Below, piece after piece: positions 1 through 10,552 of a stretch of 64,000 bases of DNA (position 1 is its first letter; the number at the start of each line of letters is the position of its first letter). Below the pieces are notes generated by a model. That model was given only the letters and a program-made list of their open reading frames with translations, was not told the origin of the DNA and did not search any database. Both the position numbers and the translations under genes were made by a program. Origin of the DNA: Patescibacteria group bacterium (GTDB lineage Bacteria > Patescibacteriota > Patescibacteriia > Patescibacteriales > UBA12465); the NCBI GenBank assembly GCA_041650715.1, contig JBAZKQ010000001.1, forward strand, positions 390,945 through 454,944, written 5' to 3'.

Positions 1-151
1 CACCCGCGGCACTAAAAGTCTTTTCGAAATCAATGCGTTTCATTTTTAAACTCTCGTTGTTTACTCCCTTTCCGTAAACAACAGCCGCGATTGTGTCGGC
101 GGCTAACTTTTCATTATTGCTTCGTTTTTCTGCCTTTAATTTGAATTCCAT
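1..151 (-). CDS. rplY: 50S ribosomal protein bL25 (Ctc-type), 5' part only; continues beyond the left window edge
   Basis: Minus-strand ATG at 151-149. Hand translation MEFKLKAEKRSNNEKLAADTIAAVVYGKGVNNESLKMKRIDFEKTFSAAG fits the bL25 N-terminus (basic segment, then xAVVYGKG). The frame is open to position 1, so it is absent from the ORF track. Confidence 0.7.
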   Translation of the reverse strand, partial: MEFKLKAEKRSNNEKLAADTIAAVVYGKGVNNESLKMKRIDFEKTFSAAG

Positions 152-155
152 AAAT

Positions 156-1262
156 TTAATAGCTAATTTTTGCTTTAATAATTATATTTTCGATTATCCC
201 CACTAATATTAGCAAAGATAATAAGGAACTGCCACCATAGCTGACAAAAGGCAGCGGTAGGCCCACGACCGGCATAATTCCTAGATTCATACCAATATTA
301 ATAAACATTTGAATAAAAATCAAGCCAGCGGCGCCAATTATAAAATAAATGCCGAAATCGTTAGCCACTTTTCGAATATTGATGAAACAGCGAAAAAAGA
401 AAAGTGAATAAAAACCGAGCACCAGCAAAACCCCGAGCAAGCCTAACTCCTCGGCGATGACGGCAAATATGAAGTCATTCTGAGCCTCCGGCAAAAATTT
501 AAGCTGACTTTGCGAACCAAAACCGACCCCCTTGCCCATCAAACCGCCGGAACCGATAGCGATCATGGCCTGAGAAATATTATATCCGGATTCAAGCGCA
601 TTAGCCGTCGGATCTAAAAATGTTTGCACGCGTTGCTTCTGATACTCCTTAAAAAGAAAAAACCAGGAAATTGTAAACACCACCACTACCGTGATACCGA
701 CAATCAAAAAATACTTCTTCGGAAAACCGGCCGCCATAATCATGATCAACCAGATGGCTCCTAAAATAAGGGCGGATCCGAAATCCGGCTGCATTAAAAC
801 CAAAAAAATCAGGAAAAACGCACTAACGGCGGAAATAAAAAAATGGCGTGCCGTTTTCACTTTTGTCGCCAGCCCGGAAAAATAATTTGCCAAAAAAAGA
901 ATTAAAATGATTTTAATAAATTCCACCGGCTGTAAGCCAAATCCAAAAACATCAAACCAGCCCTTCGTACCATTAATCGTCGATCCAAAGACCAATACCG
1001 CGCCCAGGACAATTACCCCAAATAAATAAAAATAACGACTGAAACTTTTTAAAAAATTAGAATCGGCGAAGGCAAAAAAGAAAAGCAGAAAAACGCCAAA
1101 AATCGCAAAAAAAATCTGCTTTTTGAAATTAAGCAAACTGAATTGCTCCTGACCAAGCGCCACGCTGTAAATCTCTACTAAACTGAAAGCAATCAGTAGA
1201 ACGACCGCGGCGAAAATCAACCAGTCAAAATTTTTCAGATACAACCTGAAGCGACTAAACAT
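156..1262 (-). CDS. SEDS-family peptidoglycan glycosyltransferase (FtsW/RodA/SpoVE)
   Basis: 368 aa polytopic membrane protein. Hallmark blocks SGGLMGKGVGFGSQSQLKFLPEAQNDFIFAVIAEELGLLG and PVVGLPLPFVSYGGSS. Confidence 0.92.
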   Translation of the reverse strand: MFSRFRLYLKNFDWLIFAAVVLLIAFSLVEIYSVALGQEQFSLLNFKKQIFFAIFGVFLLFFFAFADSNFLKSFSRYFYLFGVIVLGAVLVFGSTINGTKGWFDVFGFGLQPVEFIKIILILFLANYFSGLATKVKTARHFFISAVSAFFLIFLVLMQPDFGSALILGAIWLIMIMAAGFPKKYFLIVGITVVVVFTISWFFLFKEYQKQRVQTFLDPTANALESGYNISQAMIAIGSGGLMGKGVGFGSQSQLKFLPEAQNDFIFAVIAEELGLLGVLLVLGFYSLFFFRCFINIRKVANDFGIYFIIGAAGLIFIQMFINIGMNLGIMPVVGLPLPFVSYGGSSLLSLLILVGIIENIIIKAKISY

Positions 1263-1291
1263 AACTCATTAATATTAATTTTCGGTAATCA

Positions 1292-2191
1292 TTATTGGGC
1301 ACCCTGATATTTTAAATACACAGCATTGTCCAATACGTTCAAATTCGGCTTAATATCGGTGCGCGACACGCCGCCAAGTGCCCCCGACCAACTCAAATGA
1401 ACGCTACGCGTTTCACCCGCCAAAAAGTTTTGCACAATATAACTATTTACTCCGATGAGTTCCGAACCATTATAAAAAGCAATTTTTAGCGGCACTTCAT
1501 AATACGCAAAGGGGCTACGATTTGTAATCTTGAATTCCAGGGAATTTAAATCGACTTTTTCGGATAAGCCGCTTTGCTTGGCCAGTGCCAAACTTAGGCC
1601 TTCAATAGCAAAATTAACCCGTTGATTATAGAAGCTGGCCCAGTCGGGGATAAGATGATTATCTACCCGTTGCCAGGAAATGCTGGTTAACTTAAAGGTA
1701 ACTATTGGAGAAGCAGTGCTAATTTTTGTGCCCAGTGCCAAGATATATTTTTCCTCGGATGGCAAGACAAACTCGCTGCCGCAAGAAGCGTCAATTCCGT
1801 TTACTTGAAAACAATATTGCATTTGCCCGCTAAACTTATCATTGGGGTTGCTAATCTTAGCGGCCAGGTCATAAGTTTCGCCGCTGCGAAAAATTTGCGG
1901 ACTTGTTATCTTTAAATCGGTTATTAGGTCGCGCTGCGAGCTAACGCTTGAATTTACATTAGCCGCTTCCTCGGCCGCACTCGGCTTTTCCAAAAAATAA
2001 ATAACATAATTATAGGTCGAATATAAAAAGAAAAAAGCCGATAAAGCAATCAATGAAAAAACTATAATATTCATGATTTTTTTATGGTGTTCCGAGAGCC
2101 AGAGCCCAAAATTCATTTTTTTTAGACTAAGACCGGTCGGATCCCGATATTTGTCCAAATCAATTTCCTGACTATTTTTATCTTTTGACAT
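1292..2191 (-). CDS. Hypothetical membrane-anchored protein (single N-terminal TM, extracytoplasmic C-terminal domain)
   Basis: 299-aa ORF with an ATG start. TM segment IMNIIVFSLIALSAFFFLY. No motif recognised. Confidence 0.6.
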   Translation of the reverse strand: MSKDKNSQEIDLDKYRDPTGLSLKKMNFGLWLSEHHKKIMNIIVFSLIALSAFFFLYSTYNYVIYFLEKPSAAEEAANVNSSVSSQRDLITDLKITSPQIFRSGETYDLAAKISNPNDKFSGQMQYCFQVNGIDASCGSEFVLPSEEKYILALGTKISTASPIVTFKLTSISWQRVDNHLIPDWASFYNQRVNFAIEGLSLALAKQSGLSEKVDLNSLEFKITNRSPFAYYEVPLKIAFYNGSELIGVNSYIVQNFLAGETRSVHLSWSGALGGVSRTDIKPNLNVLDNAVYLKYQGAQ

Positions 2192-2256
2192 AATTATGAT
2201 ATAATTACCGTAATGATTTTAGCATAGCATATTTTCTTAAATTTATAAATATTTTT

Positions 2257-3165
2257 ATGACCGCAATTAGAATTCCTTTAAACGTCCCTAAGCCTAAATA
2301 CTTGGAATACCGCCATAATTATAATCTGGCTACCGCCGGTACCGGCAAGCTACTCCTTATCGCTGGCGACCAGAAAGTCGAACATCTCAATGATGACTTT
2401 TTTGGCGCTAAGATTTCGCCCGAAGACGCCAGCCCCGAGCATTTATTTAAAATCGCCGCCGGCACTCAAGGCGGCCTCCTGGCAACACATTTGGGCTTAA
2501 TCGCTCAATACGGTGAAGACTATCGCCACATTAATTATTTAGTTAAAATAAACGGCAAATCCAACCTTGGGCTGAACGAGGAAAAAAATTCCAGCCCTCT
2601 TTGGTGGGAAGTTGCCGATATCGTCAATTTTAAAAAACAATCCGGCCTGAACGTCGTCGGTATTGGCTATACACTTTATCTGGGCGGAAAATACGAAGCT
2701 GAAATGCTGGCCAACATCGCGCATGCCATTAACGAGGCTCACCGCCACGGTCTATTGGCTATTCTTTGGGTCTATCCGCGCGGCAAAAACGTTAATGAAG
2801 AAAATATACATACGATTGCCGGCGGAGCGGGCATGGCGTCTTGTCTCGGTGCTGATTTTGTCAAAGTTAAATACCCCTATAATTCTAAAAATAATAAATT
2901 AGTTGCCGAAAAATTTAAAGAAGTTGTGGCGGCCGCGGGGCGAACCAAAGTAATCTGTGTCGGTGGCGCCAAACGCAATAACAAAGAAATGCTCGCGACG
3001 ACCAAAGAGCAACTCGAAATTTCTCATACCTCAGGTCTGGCTATCGGACGAAATCTGCACCAACGCTCGCTTCCGGAAGCGCTGAAACTATCCAATGATT
3101 TAAGTAGGCTAATCCACGGCGAAAGCAATAAAAAGAAAAAGGCCGCTTTTTTCGGAATATTCTAA
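2257..3165 (+). CDS. Class I aldolase of the DhnA/FbaB (archaeal-type fructose-bisphosphate aldolase, DeoC/LacD superfamily) family
   Basis: 302 aa. Blocks LLLIAGDQKVEHLNDDF, GADFVKVKYP (Schiff-base Lys context), VICVGGAK and GLAIGRNLHQ are typical of this TIM-barrel aldolase family. Exact substrate not determinable. Confidence 0.6.
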   Translation: MTAIRIPLNVPKPKYLEYRHNYNLATAGTGKLLLIAGDQKVEHLNDDFFGAKISPEDASPEHLFKIAAGTQGGLLATHLGLIAQYGEDYRHINYLVKINGKSNLGLNEEKNSSPLWWEVADIVNFKKQSGLNVVGIGYTLYLGGKYEAEMLANIAHAINEAHRHGLLAILWVYPRGKNVNEENIHTIAGGAGMASCLGADFVKVKYPYNSKNNKLVAEKFKEVVAAAGRTKVICVGGAKRNNKEMLATTKEQLEISHTSGLAIGRNLHQRSLPEALKLSNDLSRLIHGESNKKKKAAFFGIF

Positions 3166-3176
3166 ACAAAGAAAAT

Positions 3177-3201
3177 AAAAACCCGCGTGAGCGGGTTTTT
3201 T
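3177..3201. terminator. Bidirectional intrinsic terminator between convergent genes
   Basis: AAAAACCCGC-GTGA-GCGGGTTTTTT: 6-bp GC stem flanked by an A-run and a T-run. Confidence 0.8.
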
Positions 3202-3235
3202 GTATCCACAATAATAACCAAATATACATGTCTCT

Positions 3236-4747
3236 TTATTTTTCCAGGCCTTTAATGGAAATTTGAATTCTCTCCGGCAGACGCGGGGCACGATTAATAA
3301 AGGCGGGGTAAAATTTTAACTCGTAGCTTTTGATTTCCGGGAAAGTTTTTAAGTAATTTTCTAATTGTGAGCGATTTAAATTAACCAAGTGTTTTTTATC
3401 AATAATTTCCGTGTTATTTTTCAAAACCATCGTGCCATTAAAGCTGGCCTTAACGGTCGCGACGCCCGTCTTAACATCATAATTATCAAAGCTATAAACT
3501 ATATCCGCAGAATTATAATCCACTAATTCCTTGTCGTCGGGTATTAGCAAAGACAGTTTGGCGGCCGCGAGCTTAGCGACTTCATCCTTGGAAAAGCTGA
3601 TTACAACCATACTGCCGGTGGCGGCAATAGAAAAATTATCTTGAGCGTCCCCTGCCTTGGCACTAATTGCAAAACTTGAAGAATCCAAAGTTTCGTATAG
3701 TGTTTGGCTATTTACGCCAGGACTGGTAATTTGACTCTGCTTAGCTTGAGCAATCAGCGAGGCATTCATTTCCTTGGTCGCCTGTTCAATATCGCTGGCT
3801 TTAATGAATTTTTTTACTTTTTGACGATAGACAAATTCAGAACTGCTTTTGGCATAAATTTTATCCTGCAAGCCGGCCCACAGACCGGGAATCGTAAAGC
3901 TTGTCGGCGCGATAGCTAAGTCCGGCACCGGTTTGTCGACATAAATATCAACCGTAACTTCTCCACCCCCGGGCACGTTTACTGCGTTTTTAATGCGATA
4001 TAATTTATTGTCCGGACTTAAAAGACGAGTGGTCGCTACCAGGGCTTGTGCTTTCGCGGTATTATTAATAATCGAAACAGAACCCGCAATTTCTTCGCCG
4101 GTATACTCTTCACCCGTAGCGCTAAAATCTTTTTGCGCACTAACGGCCACTTCCCTAACCGTACCGCTAACTTGTTCACGAAAATCAGTATCGGCATTGG
4201 CGCTAACCGCTCCGGCCGGCTGAATTTTTAAGAGTAAGCTATCATTAATTGCTTCACCTTTAGGCGAAATGATAATCTCCAATTTCGAAAAAGAAAAATA
4301 AAATACAGCCAAGAGAAGAACCGCGGTAAAAGCGATAAATCGCCAAACGAGGCGTCGATATAAATTTACACTTTTAGGAACAGCCGCATCTTCTGATATT
4401 TCGTTTTCACCATATTTTTTAGCGGCGGAACCTGGTTTTGGATTCTTGTCTTTTATTTCAGTAACTAATTTTGAATAAAAATTTTTCTGCTGATCAATTT
4501 CCTCGGGCATTTCCGAGCCAAGAGTAGATAAAGATTCCGGCAAACCCGACTCTGTCTCCTTAAATTCGGGAAAAAATTGCTCCGGCTCAACATCGTCAAT
4601 ATCCTCAATAACATCAACGACCACGGGCCGCGCCTTTTTCTTTGGACTCACTTTTGCCGCCGGTAATTTTGATTTAGTTTTTGATTTTGGCTTTAGGATA
4701 GGCTTTTTTTCGGTTTTTGCTTCCGGATTTTTTTTCGCTCTAGGCAT
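3236..4747 (-). CDS. Hypothetical membrane-anchored protein with Lys/Pro-rich disordered N-terminus
   Basis: 503 aa. N-terminal KKPILKPKSKTKSKLPAAKVSPKKK low-complexity region, one TM (FIAFTAVLLLAVFYFSF), then a large extracytoplasmic domain. No motif recognised. Confidence 0.6.
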   Translation of the reverse strand: MPRAKKNPEAKTEKKPILKPKSKTKSKLPAAKVSPKKKARPVVVDVIEDIDDVEPEQFFPEFKETESGLPESLSTLGSEMPEEIDQQKNFYSKLVTEIKDKNPKPGSAAKKYGENEISEDAAVPKSVNLYRRLVWRFIAFTAVLLLAVFYFSFSKLEIIISPKGEAINDSLLLKIQPAGAVSANADTDFREQVSGTVREVAVSAQKDFSATGEEYTGEEIAGSVSIINNTAKAQALVATTRLLSPDNKLYRIKNAVNVPGGGEVTVDIYVDKPVPDLAIAPTSFTIPGLWAGLQDKIYAKSSSEFVYRQKVKKFIKASDIEQATKEMNASLIAQAKQSQITSPGVNSQTLYETLDSSSFAISAKAGDAQDNFSIAATGSMVVISFSKDEVAKLAAAKLSLLIPDDKELVDYNSADIVYSFDNYDVKTGVATVKASFNGTMVLKNNTEIIDKKHLVNLNRSQLENYLKTFPEIKSYELKFYPAFINRAPRLPERIQISIKGLEK

Positions 4748-4869
4748 AATATCAAAAAGAAATTAAAAAATTTAATTTAAAAAAAAGTTAAACATAAGTT
4801 TAACTTCATTATAACAGAATTTTATATTAGGGGCAATTTATGTTATCGGGACGAGCCGCCTTTTGTATT

Positions 4870-7800
4870 CTACTGCGCAATTTTTAATAAGTCTTTAAAA
4901 TCTTCGGCTAATTTTTTATTTAATTCCTCAGCATTCTCAACTCGGTACGCGGTTTTAATGATTTTAGCCTTGCCGTTTTCGGTAATTTTAAAATAAACTT
5001 CATCCGCCCCGGGAAAAAGCGAAAAAATATTTTTTAAATTTACTAAATCAGCGGCCGCCAGGTCGGTCATAAAAATCAAACGCAAAGGCTTTCGGCTTGG
5101 TTCGGGCTTATCGGTCGCGCTAAAAGTCGGAGTGACGGTTTTAGCATCCTTCCGATATTTATTTTGGTAATTCGGTTTCGGCGGACCGGCGCTCATCATT
5201 AATCTTTTAAAATCATCAATTGATTTCGCGGGATCAAGCTGATTAAGCGCGACTGCATGGTTAACCAGCACCTTTATTTCACGATCTTTCTCCGAAACCT
5301 TGCCTTCAAAAATTATGGCTTGACCGTCGAGCCAAAGATCATGTGATTCTTTGTAGAGCCTCGGGAAAATTAAAAGCTCGACTGTATTAGTCGCATCCTC
5401 CAGTTTAACAAACAGCATCGATTCCCCTTTTCTGGTAATTATTTTTTTAATCGTCGAGACGATACCGGCGCTAATTACTCTTTCCGCGCCCTTATGCTGG
5501 CTTAATTTTACCAGCGGCATGGCGTAATTGGCTAAAAAGGGACGAAAAATATTATAGGGGTGCTCGCTGACGTAAAGACCGAGCAAGGCCTTTTCCCAAA
5601 TCAATTTTTCATTTTGATCAGCCGGTGGCGCAGGAGTTAATCGGGTTGGCTGGAAATTACTGGCAGAGGGCAAATCGGCAAACAAACTACTTTGCTTGCT
5701 TTCTTTAACCCGAGCCAATTCTTTATTATAATTTAATAATTTTTCCATGTTCGCTAAAAGTTCACCGCGTTCACCGAAACTATCCATAGCGCCGCTTTTG
5801 ATTAAACTTTCCAGCGATTTCTTGTTCAAATCTTTATCCGTTACCCGCGCTAATAAATCAAAAACATCGGCGAAAGGACCGTTCGCTTTACGCTCTTGGA
5901 TTAAGGCGTCGACAATATGCTCGCCCACATTTTTTATCGCCTTAAGACCAAAGCGGATAGTATCGACTTTTTCATCGGCTTGAACAATTCTATTTTCTTT
6001 AGTGCCGGCCGTCACCACGGTAAAAGTACCGAAAGATTCATTTATATCCGGCGCCATAATTTTGATACCCATGTTGCGGCATTCCTCAATTTCAATCGCC
6101 ACCCGATCGGTGTCCCCCTGATCAGCCGTCAAAAGCGAAGCCATAAACTCCACTGGCCAGTGAGCCTTGAGATAGGCGGTTTGGTAGCCAATCATCGCGT
6201 AGCAAGCGGCGTGAGACCGATTAAAGCCATAACCGGCGAAAGGCTCGATAAAAGAAAATACCTTTTCCCCTAATTCCTTATAGACTCCATTTTTAACGCA
6301 GCCTTCAATAAACTTTTCTTTTTGCTCGGCGAGCAAGGAGGCAATTTTCTTACCCATCGCTTTACGCAAGACATCGGCTTGACCCATGGTAAAGCCCGCC
6401 AAGTCGCGCGCAATCTGCATGACCTGTTCCTGATAAATGGCGACGCCATAAGTTTTTTCTAAAATCGGAGCCAATTTCGGATGGAGATAAGAAACTTTTT
6501 TGATTTCATGCTTGCCGGCAATATAGTCCGGAATCCATTCCATCGGGCCCGGGCGATATAAAGCGACCATGGCAATAATATCTTCGAAGACGGTCGGTTT
6601 TAATTCCCGCAAATAACGTTTCATACCGGAAGATTCAAATTGGAAGACGCCGGTGGTTTCTCCTTCCTGAAATAATCTATAGGCTGCCTTATCATCGAGC
6701 GGGATATCATCAATATTTATTTCCAAGCCGCGAGTATTTTTAATAATTTTTAAAGCGGATTCAATAATCGTCAAATTTTTCAGGCCGAGAAAATCCATTT
6801 TCAAAAGACCAAGATCTTCAATCGGATGTAAAGAATATTGCGAAATAATGCTGCGATCGGCCGATGAAGCAAACTGAATCGGCACATACTCAGTCAGGGG
6901 ATCTTTCGTGATCAAAACGCCACAGGCGTGGGTTGACGCGTGACGGGCGACTCCCTCGAGACGACGGGCAAAATCCAGGATTCTTTTGGCAGCCGGATCA
7001 CTATTATAAAGTTCTTTCACTTCCGGCACGGTTTTTATCGCCTCGTCGAGCTTCATGAACATGGGAATGCTCTTGGAAATCTTATCGCAGAACTCATAGG
7101 GCTCATCCAAAACCCGGCCGACATCACGTACAGCCGCCCGGGCCGCCATCGTTCCGAAAGTAATAATTTGCGCGACGTGATCATGCCCGTATTTTTCCCC
7201 GACGTAATTCAAGACCTCACCCCGACGGATATCGGCAAAGTCCATATCAATATCGGGCATGGAGATACGCTCCGGATTAAGAAAACGCTCGAAGAGCAAA
7301 TCATACTTGAGTGGATCAAGATTGGTAATACCCGTTAAATAACAAACCATCGAGCCGGCGGCACTGCCGCGACCTGGCCCTACCACAATCTTATTATCCT
7401 TGGCCCAATTGATGAAGTCCGCGACGATTAAAAAATACGAGGGCCAGCCCATCTTGGCAATAACGGCGAGTTCATAATCCAAGCGTTCATTAACTAGTTT
7501 TAGTTCTTCTGGAGACGCCCCCGGGAAACGTTTAGCAATTCCCTTTTCCGACCATTCGCGCAAATACGAATTACCATCATAGCCCGAAGGCACCTCAAAA
7601 AATGGTAATTGAATACTACCCAGTTCTATTTCCAAATTGCACATGTCGGCAATTTTTAGCGTATTTTCAATGGCTTCCGGGACATGCTTAAAAGCAGCAA
7701 TCATTTCGGCGTTCGAACGCATCGAATAATCGCCGTGTCCGATCATTTTCATCCGGTCCGTATCCGTGATTTTTTTCTTGTTCTGCAGGCAAAGTAAAAT

Positions 7801-8457
7801 ATCCTGCGCCTCGGCATCGTCCTTTTTTAGATAATGGACATCATTGGTCGCAATGAGAGGTATGCCCATTTCCTTGGATAGTAAAATTAATTGCTCATTA
7901 ACTTTAATGAGCTCGGGAAGCTCGGGATGATCCATAAGCTCCAAGTAAAAATTACCCTGGCCGAAGAGGTCGTTATATTCCTTAATTCTTTTTTTGGCTT
8001 CCGGCAATTTATCGGCGTTAATTAGACGCGGGATTTCACCGGCCAAGCAGGCGGTCGAGGCAATAATTCCCTCGTGATGTTCCTGCAATAATTCCCAATC
8101 GATACGCGGCTTATAATAAAAACCCTCAGTATGCGCATGAGAGACAAGTTTAATTAAATTCTTATAGCCAATTTCATTCTTGGCGAGTAAAAGTAGATGA
8201 TAGCTGCGGGCATCCTCGCGGGTATTCTTATCAAAACGTGAGTTCTGGGCCAAATAGGTCTCTACCCCGACAATCGGCTTAATACCGGCCTTTTTGGCCT
8301 TCTGGTAGAATTCTATGGCGCCATACATGGAACCGTGATCAGTTAAGGCGACTGCTGGCGAGCCCTGTTCTTTGGCAAAATTAATCATCTCGTCCAGTTT
8401 AGTTAAACCGTCGAGCAAAGAATAATGGCTATGATTATGGAGATGGACAAAAGACAT
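4870..8457 (-). CDS. dnaE: DNA polymerase III alpha subunit
   Basis: 1195 aa. PHP N-terminus MSFVHLHNHSHYSLLDG, GPGRGSAAGSMVCYLTGITNLDP, FERFLNPERISMPDIDMDF, YRPGPME. No intein-sized insertion. Confidence 0.97.
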   Translation of the reverse strand: MSFVHLHNHSHYSLLDGLTKLDEMINFAKEQGSPAVALTDHGSMYGAIEFYQKAKKAGIKPIVGVETYLAQNSRFDKNTREDARSYHLLLLAKNEIGYKNLIKLVSHAHTEGFYYKPRIDWELLQEHHEGIIASTACLAGEIPRLINADKLPEAKKRIKEYNDLFGQGNFYLELMDHPELPELIKVNEQLILLSKEMGIPLIATNDVHYLKKDDAEAQDILLCLQNKKKITDTDRMKMIGHGDYSMRSNAEMIAAFKHVPEAIENTLKIADMCNLEIELGSIQLPFFEVPSGYDGNSYLREWSEKGIAKRFPGASPEELKLVNERLDYELAVIAKMGWPSYFLIVADFINWAKDNKIVVGPGRGSAAGSMVCYLTGITNLDPLKYDLLFERFLNPERISMPDIDMDFADIRRGEVLNYVGEKYGHDHVAQIITFGTMAARAAVRDVGRVLDEPYEFCDKISKSIPMFMKLDEAIKTVPEVKELYNSDPAAKRILDFARRLEGVARHASTHACGVLITKDPLTEYVPIQFASSADRSIISQYSLHPIEDLGLLKMDFLGLKNLTIIESALKIIKNTRGLEINIDDIPLDDKAAYRLFQEGETTGVFQFESSGMKRYLRELKPTVFEDIIAMVALYRPGPMEWIPDYIAGKHEIKKVSYLHPKLAPILEKTYGVAIYQEQVMQIARDLAGFTMGQADVLRKAMGKKIASLLAEQKEKFIEGCVKNGVYKELGEKVFSFIEPFAGYGFNRSHAACYAMIGYQTAYLKAHWPVEFMASLLTADQGDTDRVAIEIEECRNMGIKIMAPDINESFGTFTVVTAGTKENRIVQADEKVDTIRFGLKAIKNVGEHIVDALIQERKANGPFADVFDLLARVTDKDLNKKSLESLIKSGAMDSFGERGELLANMEKLLNYNKELARVKESKQSSLFADLPSASNFQPTRLTPAPPADQNEKLIWEKALLGLYVSEHPYNIFRPFLANYAMPLVKLSQHKGAERVISAGIVSTIKKIITRKGESMLFVKLEDATNTVELLIFPRLYKESHDLWLDGQAIIFEGKVSEKDREIKVLVNHAVALNQLDPAKSIDDFKRLMMSAGPPKPNYQNKYRKDAKTVTPTFSATDKPEPSRKPLRLIFMTDLAAADLVNLKNIFSLFPGADEVYFKITENGKAKIIKTAYRVENAEELNKKLAEDFKDLLKIAQ

Positions 8458-8546
8458 GATTTATGGCCTATTTTCTATATAATTTCTTCTTAAAAGTATT
8501 TCACGAAGACGTTATTATTTTAGTATAAGAATTTAAGGAAGGCAAA

Positions 8547-8577
8547 TAAAAAAGTGGCTTCGTTGAAAAAGCCACTT
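8547..8577 (-). terminator. Intrinsic terminator after the parAB/small-membrane-protein unit
   Basis: 9-bp stem AAGTGGCTT/AAGCCACTT. The plus-strand A-run (8548-8553) gives the T-run on the minus strand. Confidence 0.7.
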
Positions 8578-8599
8578 AAATAATCTCTCTGTTTGGAGC

Positions 8600-8818
8600 T
8601 CAATGTTCCTCGGTGCTTTTTTCCATCATGGAGACGGATAGAGCCCAGAAGCTGGCAAAGAACAGAAATACAGAAATGGGAAGAATATCCCAAAAATTTT
8701 TTACGCTAAGACCGTTTATGGCCAAACTTGAAATGAGGCCGGCACCAGCGATACTCGCCGAAATAATAACTATAGTCCAAAACGATGATCTTGGATTAGT
8801 GTTTACTTTTTTTTCCAA
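8600..8818 (-). CDS. Small two-TM membrane protein (72 aa), TTG start
   Basis: TTG start preceded 5-6 nt upstream by a strong AGGAGG Shine-Dalgarno sequence (plus strand ccctcct at 8823-8829). Two hydrophobic spans. Confidence 0.55.
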   Translation of the reverse strand: MEKKVNTNPRSSFWTIVIISASIAGAGLISSLAINGLSVKNFWDILPISVFLFFASFWALSVSMMEKSTEEH

Positions 8819-8843
8819 ATTACCCTCCTTTTTTTTGAAAATG

Positions 8844-9722
8844 TTACTTTATCTTTTTGATAATTTCATTTAACTCTTCCTCGGCATAAAAGTCAATAAC
8901 GAGTTTACCACCCTTCCCTTGCCGTTTAATCTCAACCTTCGTCGCTAAAAGTTCAGCCAATTCCTCTTCGCGCGCCCGGTCGAAATAGTCTTTCGGTTTA
9001 GCCGATTTAGTGCCGCCCAGCCGCTTAATTTCTTTATCGGTTTCAGCCACGGTCAAATTTTGGCGCATTATTTTTTTTAACATGTTGAGCTGCTTCGCCT
9101 CGCCTTCAAGTCCAAGCAAATATTTGGCATGGGCTTCACTAATTTTTCCGGCGGCCAGAGCTTCTTGAATCGGAATAGGCAGAGCTAAAAGCCGCAAAGC
9201 GTTAGCGACGCTTGAGCGAGCTTTGCCGACTTTATGAGCGACCTCTTCCTGTGTGATACTAAATTCATCCATCAGGCGCTGGTAGGCGCGGGCACTCTCA
9301 AGCGGGTTGAGATCTTCACGCTGCAAGTTCTCAATTAAAGCAATCTCTAATTTCTTTTGATCTTTTTCTTCACGCACAATAACCGGAACTTCTTTAAGGC
9401 CGATTAACTTAGCGCTGCGTAAGCGACGTTCTCCCGCGATAAGTTCATAGCCGTCACCCTTCTTCGTGACAATGAGCGGCGAGATAATTCCGTGCTGCTT
9501 GATAGATTCCGCCAAATCATTTAAGGCCGCATCACTAAAATAAGTCCGCGGTTGTTGCGGATTGATTGCGATACGACTCGGGTTTACTTTTAAAATCCGA
9601 TCGCCATCGTTAACCACGAACGTTTCTTCTTCGGCCAATTCCGATTTAAACGGATTTTGCCCGTAAGTCATGGTTTTTTTCGGAATAAGAGAGCCGAGTC
9701 CTCGGCCTAAACCTTGAGGCAT
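8844..9722 (-). CDS. parB: Chromosome partitioning protein ParB/Spo0J
   Basis: ParB box LIAGERRLRSAKLIG; HTH ITQEEVAHKVGKARSSVANALRLL. Confidence 0.95.
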   Translation of the reverse strand: MPQGLGRGLGSLIPKKTMTYGQNPFKSELAEEETFVVNDGDRILKVNPSRIAINPQQPRTYFSDAALNDLAESIKQHGIISPLIVTKKGDGYELIAGERRLRSAKLIGLKEVPVIVREEKDQKKLEIALIENLQREDLNPLESARAYQRLMDEFSITQEEVAHKVGKARSSVANALRLLALPIPIQEALAAGKISEAHAKYLLGLEGEAKQLNMLKKIMRQNLTVAETDKEIKRLGGTKSAKPKDYFDRAREEELAELLATKVEIKRQGKGGKLVIDFYAEEELNEIIKKIK

Positions 9723-9740
9723 ATATTAAAGTTAAATAAT

Positions 9741-10505
9741 TTATTTATCAAGACTCAAAACTTCACGTGCTAAGCCTTCATAGGCCTTACCACCGCGCGA
9801 TTTAGGGTCGTAATGCAAAATTGAACGGCCATAACTTGGCGCTTCGGCAAGCCGAACGCTGCGCGGAATTACCGAGCGAAAAATGCGATTCGGAAAAAAT
9901 TTATATAATTCTTCCATGACCGCTTCTGATAATTTATTACGCTTATCAAACATAGTAATCACCGCACCCATGATACCGAGCGTCGGCTTCAAATTGTTTT
10001 GCACCAAACTTATGGTCTCTAATAATTGGCTTAAACCCTCAAGCGCAAAATATTCGCTTTGAATCGGAATTAAAACTTCGTCGGCCGCCACCAGACTATT
10101 AACCGTAAGCAAACCGAGTGAAGGCGGTCCATCAATAATTATGAAATCGTAATCCTTCCGCACTTCTTCTAAAATCATGGACAGACGGAACTCTCTATTT
10201 TCTAAATTAACGAGTTCAATCCCGGCGCCGGCCAAAGAAAGGGTGGCGGGAGCGACCTTAAAACCGTCCTGCATCGTGCGTTTAATGATTTCAAAAACAG
10301 GCTTTTGGCCGATTATAGATTCATATACCCCGGCATCCAAATTACGGTGGTCAAGGCCGAGACCGGAAGTAGCGTTAGCTTGAGGGTCAATATCGACTAA
10401 AAGCACCTGTTTGCCCAAATAAGCCAAATAGGCGCCCAAATTAACGGCCGTCGTTGTCTTGCCCACTCCTCCTTTTTGATTCACAATTGCGATTATTTTG
10501 CCCAT
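9741..10505 (-). CDS. parA: Chromosome partitioning ATPase ParA/Soj
   Basis: Deviant Walker A KIIAIVNQKGGVGKTTTAVNLGAYLA. Start moved to the internal ATG at 10505 (MGKIIAIV) because the ORF-track 5' extension runs through the promoter and the tRNA-Leu gene. Confidence 0.93.
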   Translation of the reverse strand: MGKIIAIVNQKGGVGKTTTAVNLGAYLAYLGKQVLLVDIDPQANATSGLGLDHRNLDAGVYESIIGQKPVFEIIKRTMQDGFKVAPATLSLAGAGIELVNLENREFRLSMILEEVRKDYDFIIIDGPPSLGLLTVNSLVAADEVLIPIQSEYFALEGLSQLLETISLVQNNLKPTLGIMGAVITMFDKRNKLSEAVMEELYKFFPNRIFRSVIPRSVRLAEAPSYGRSILHYDPKSRGGKAYEGLAREVLSLDK

Positions 10506-10523
10506 AGTTTTCAAGCTATATTT

Positions 10524-10552
10524 ATTATAACGTAAAGCAAAATCTTTGACAA
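10524..10552 (-). promoter_or_regulatory. Predicted sigma70-type promoter of parA
   Basis: Minus strand TTGTCA-17 nt-TATAAT (plus coordinates: -35 at 10547-10552, -10 at 10524-10529), about 19 nt upstream of the ATG at 10505. Confidence 0.6.

Noticed and set aside
5747-7338. Plus-strand ORFs 5747-5983, 5917-6273 and 6940-7338 (78-132 aa)
   Set aside because: They lie entirely antisense within the well-supported dnaE coding region. Their translations are low-complexity and Arg/Ser/Leu-rich, with no motifs. They are shadow ORFs.
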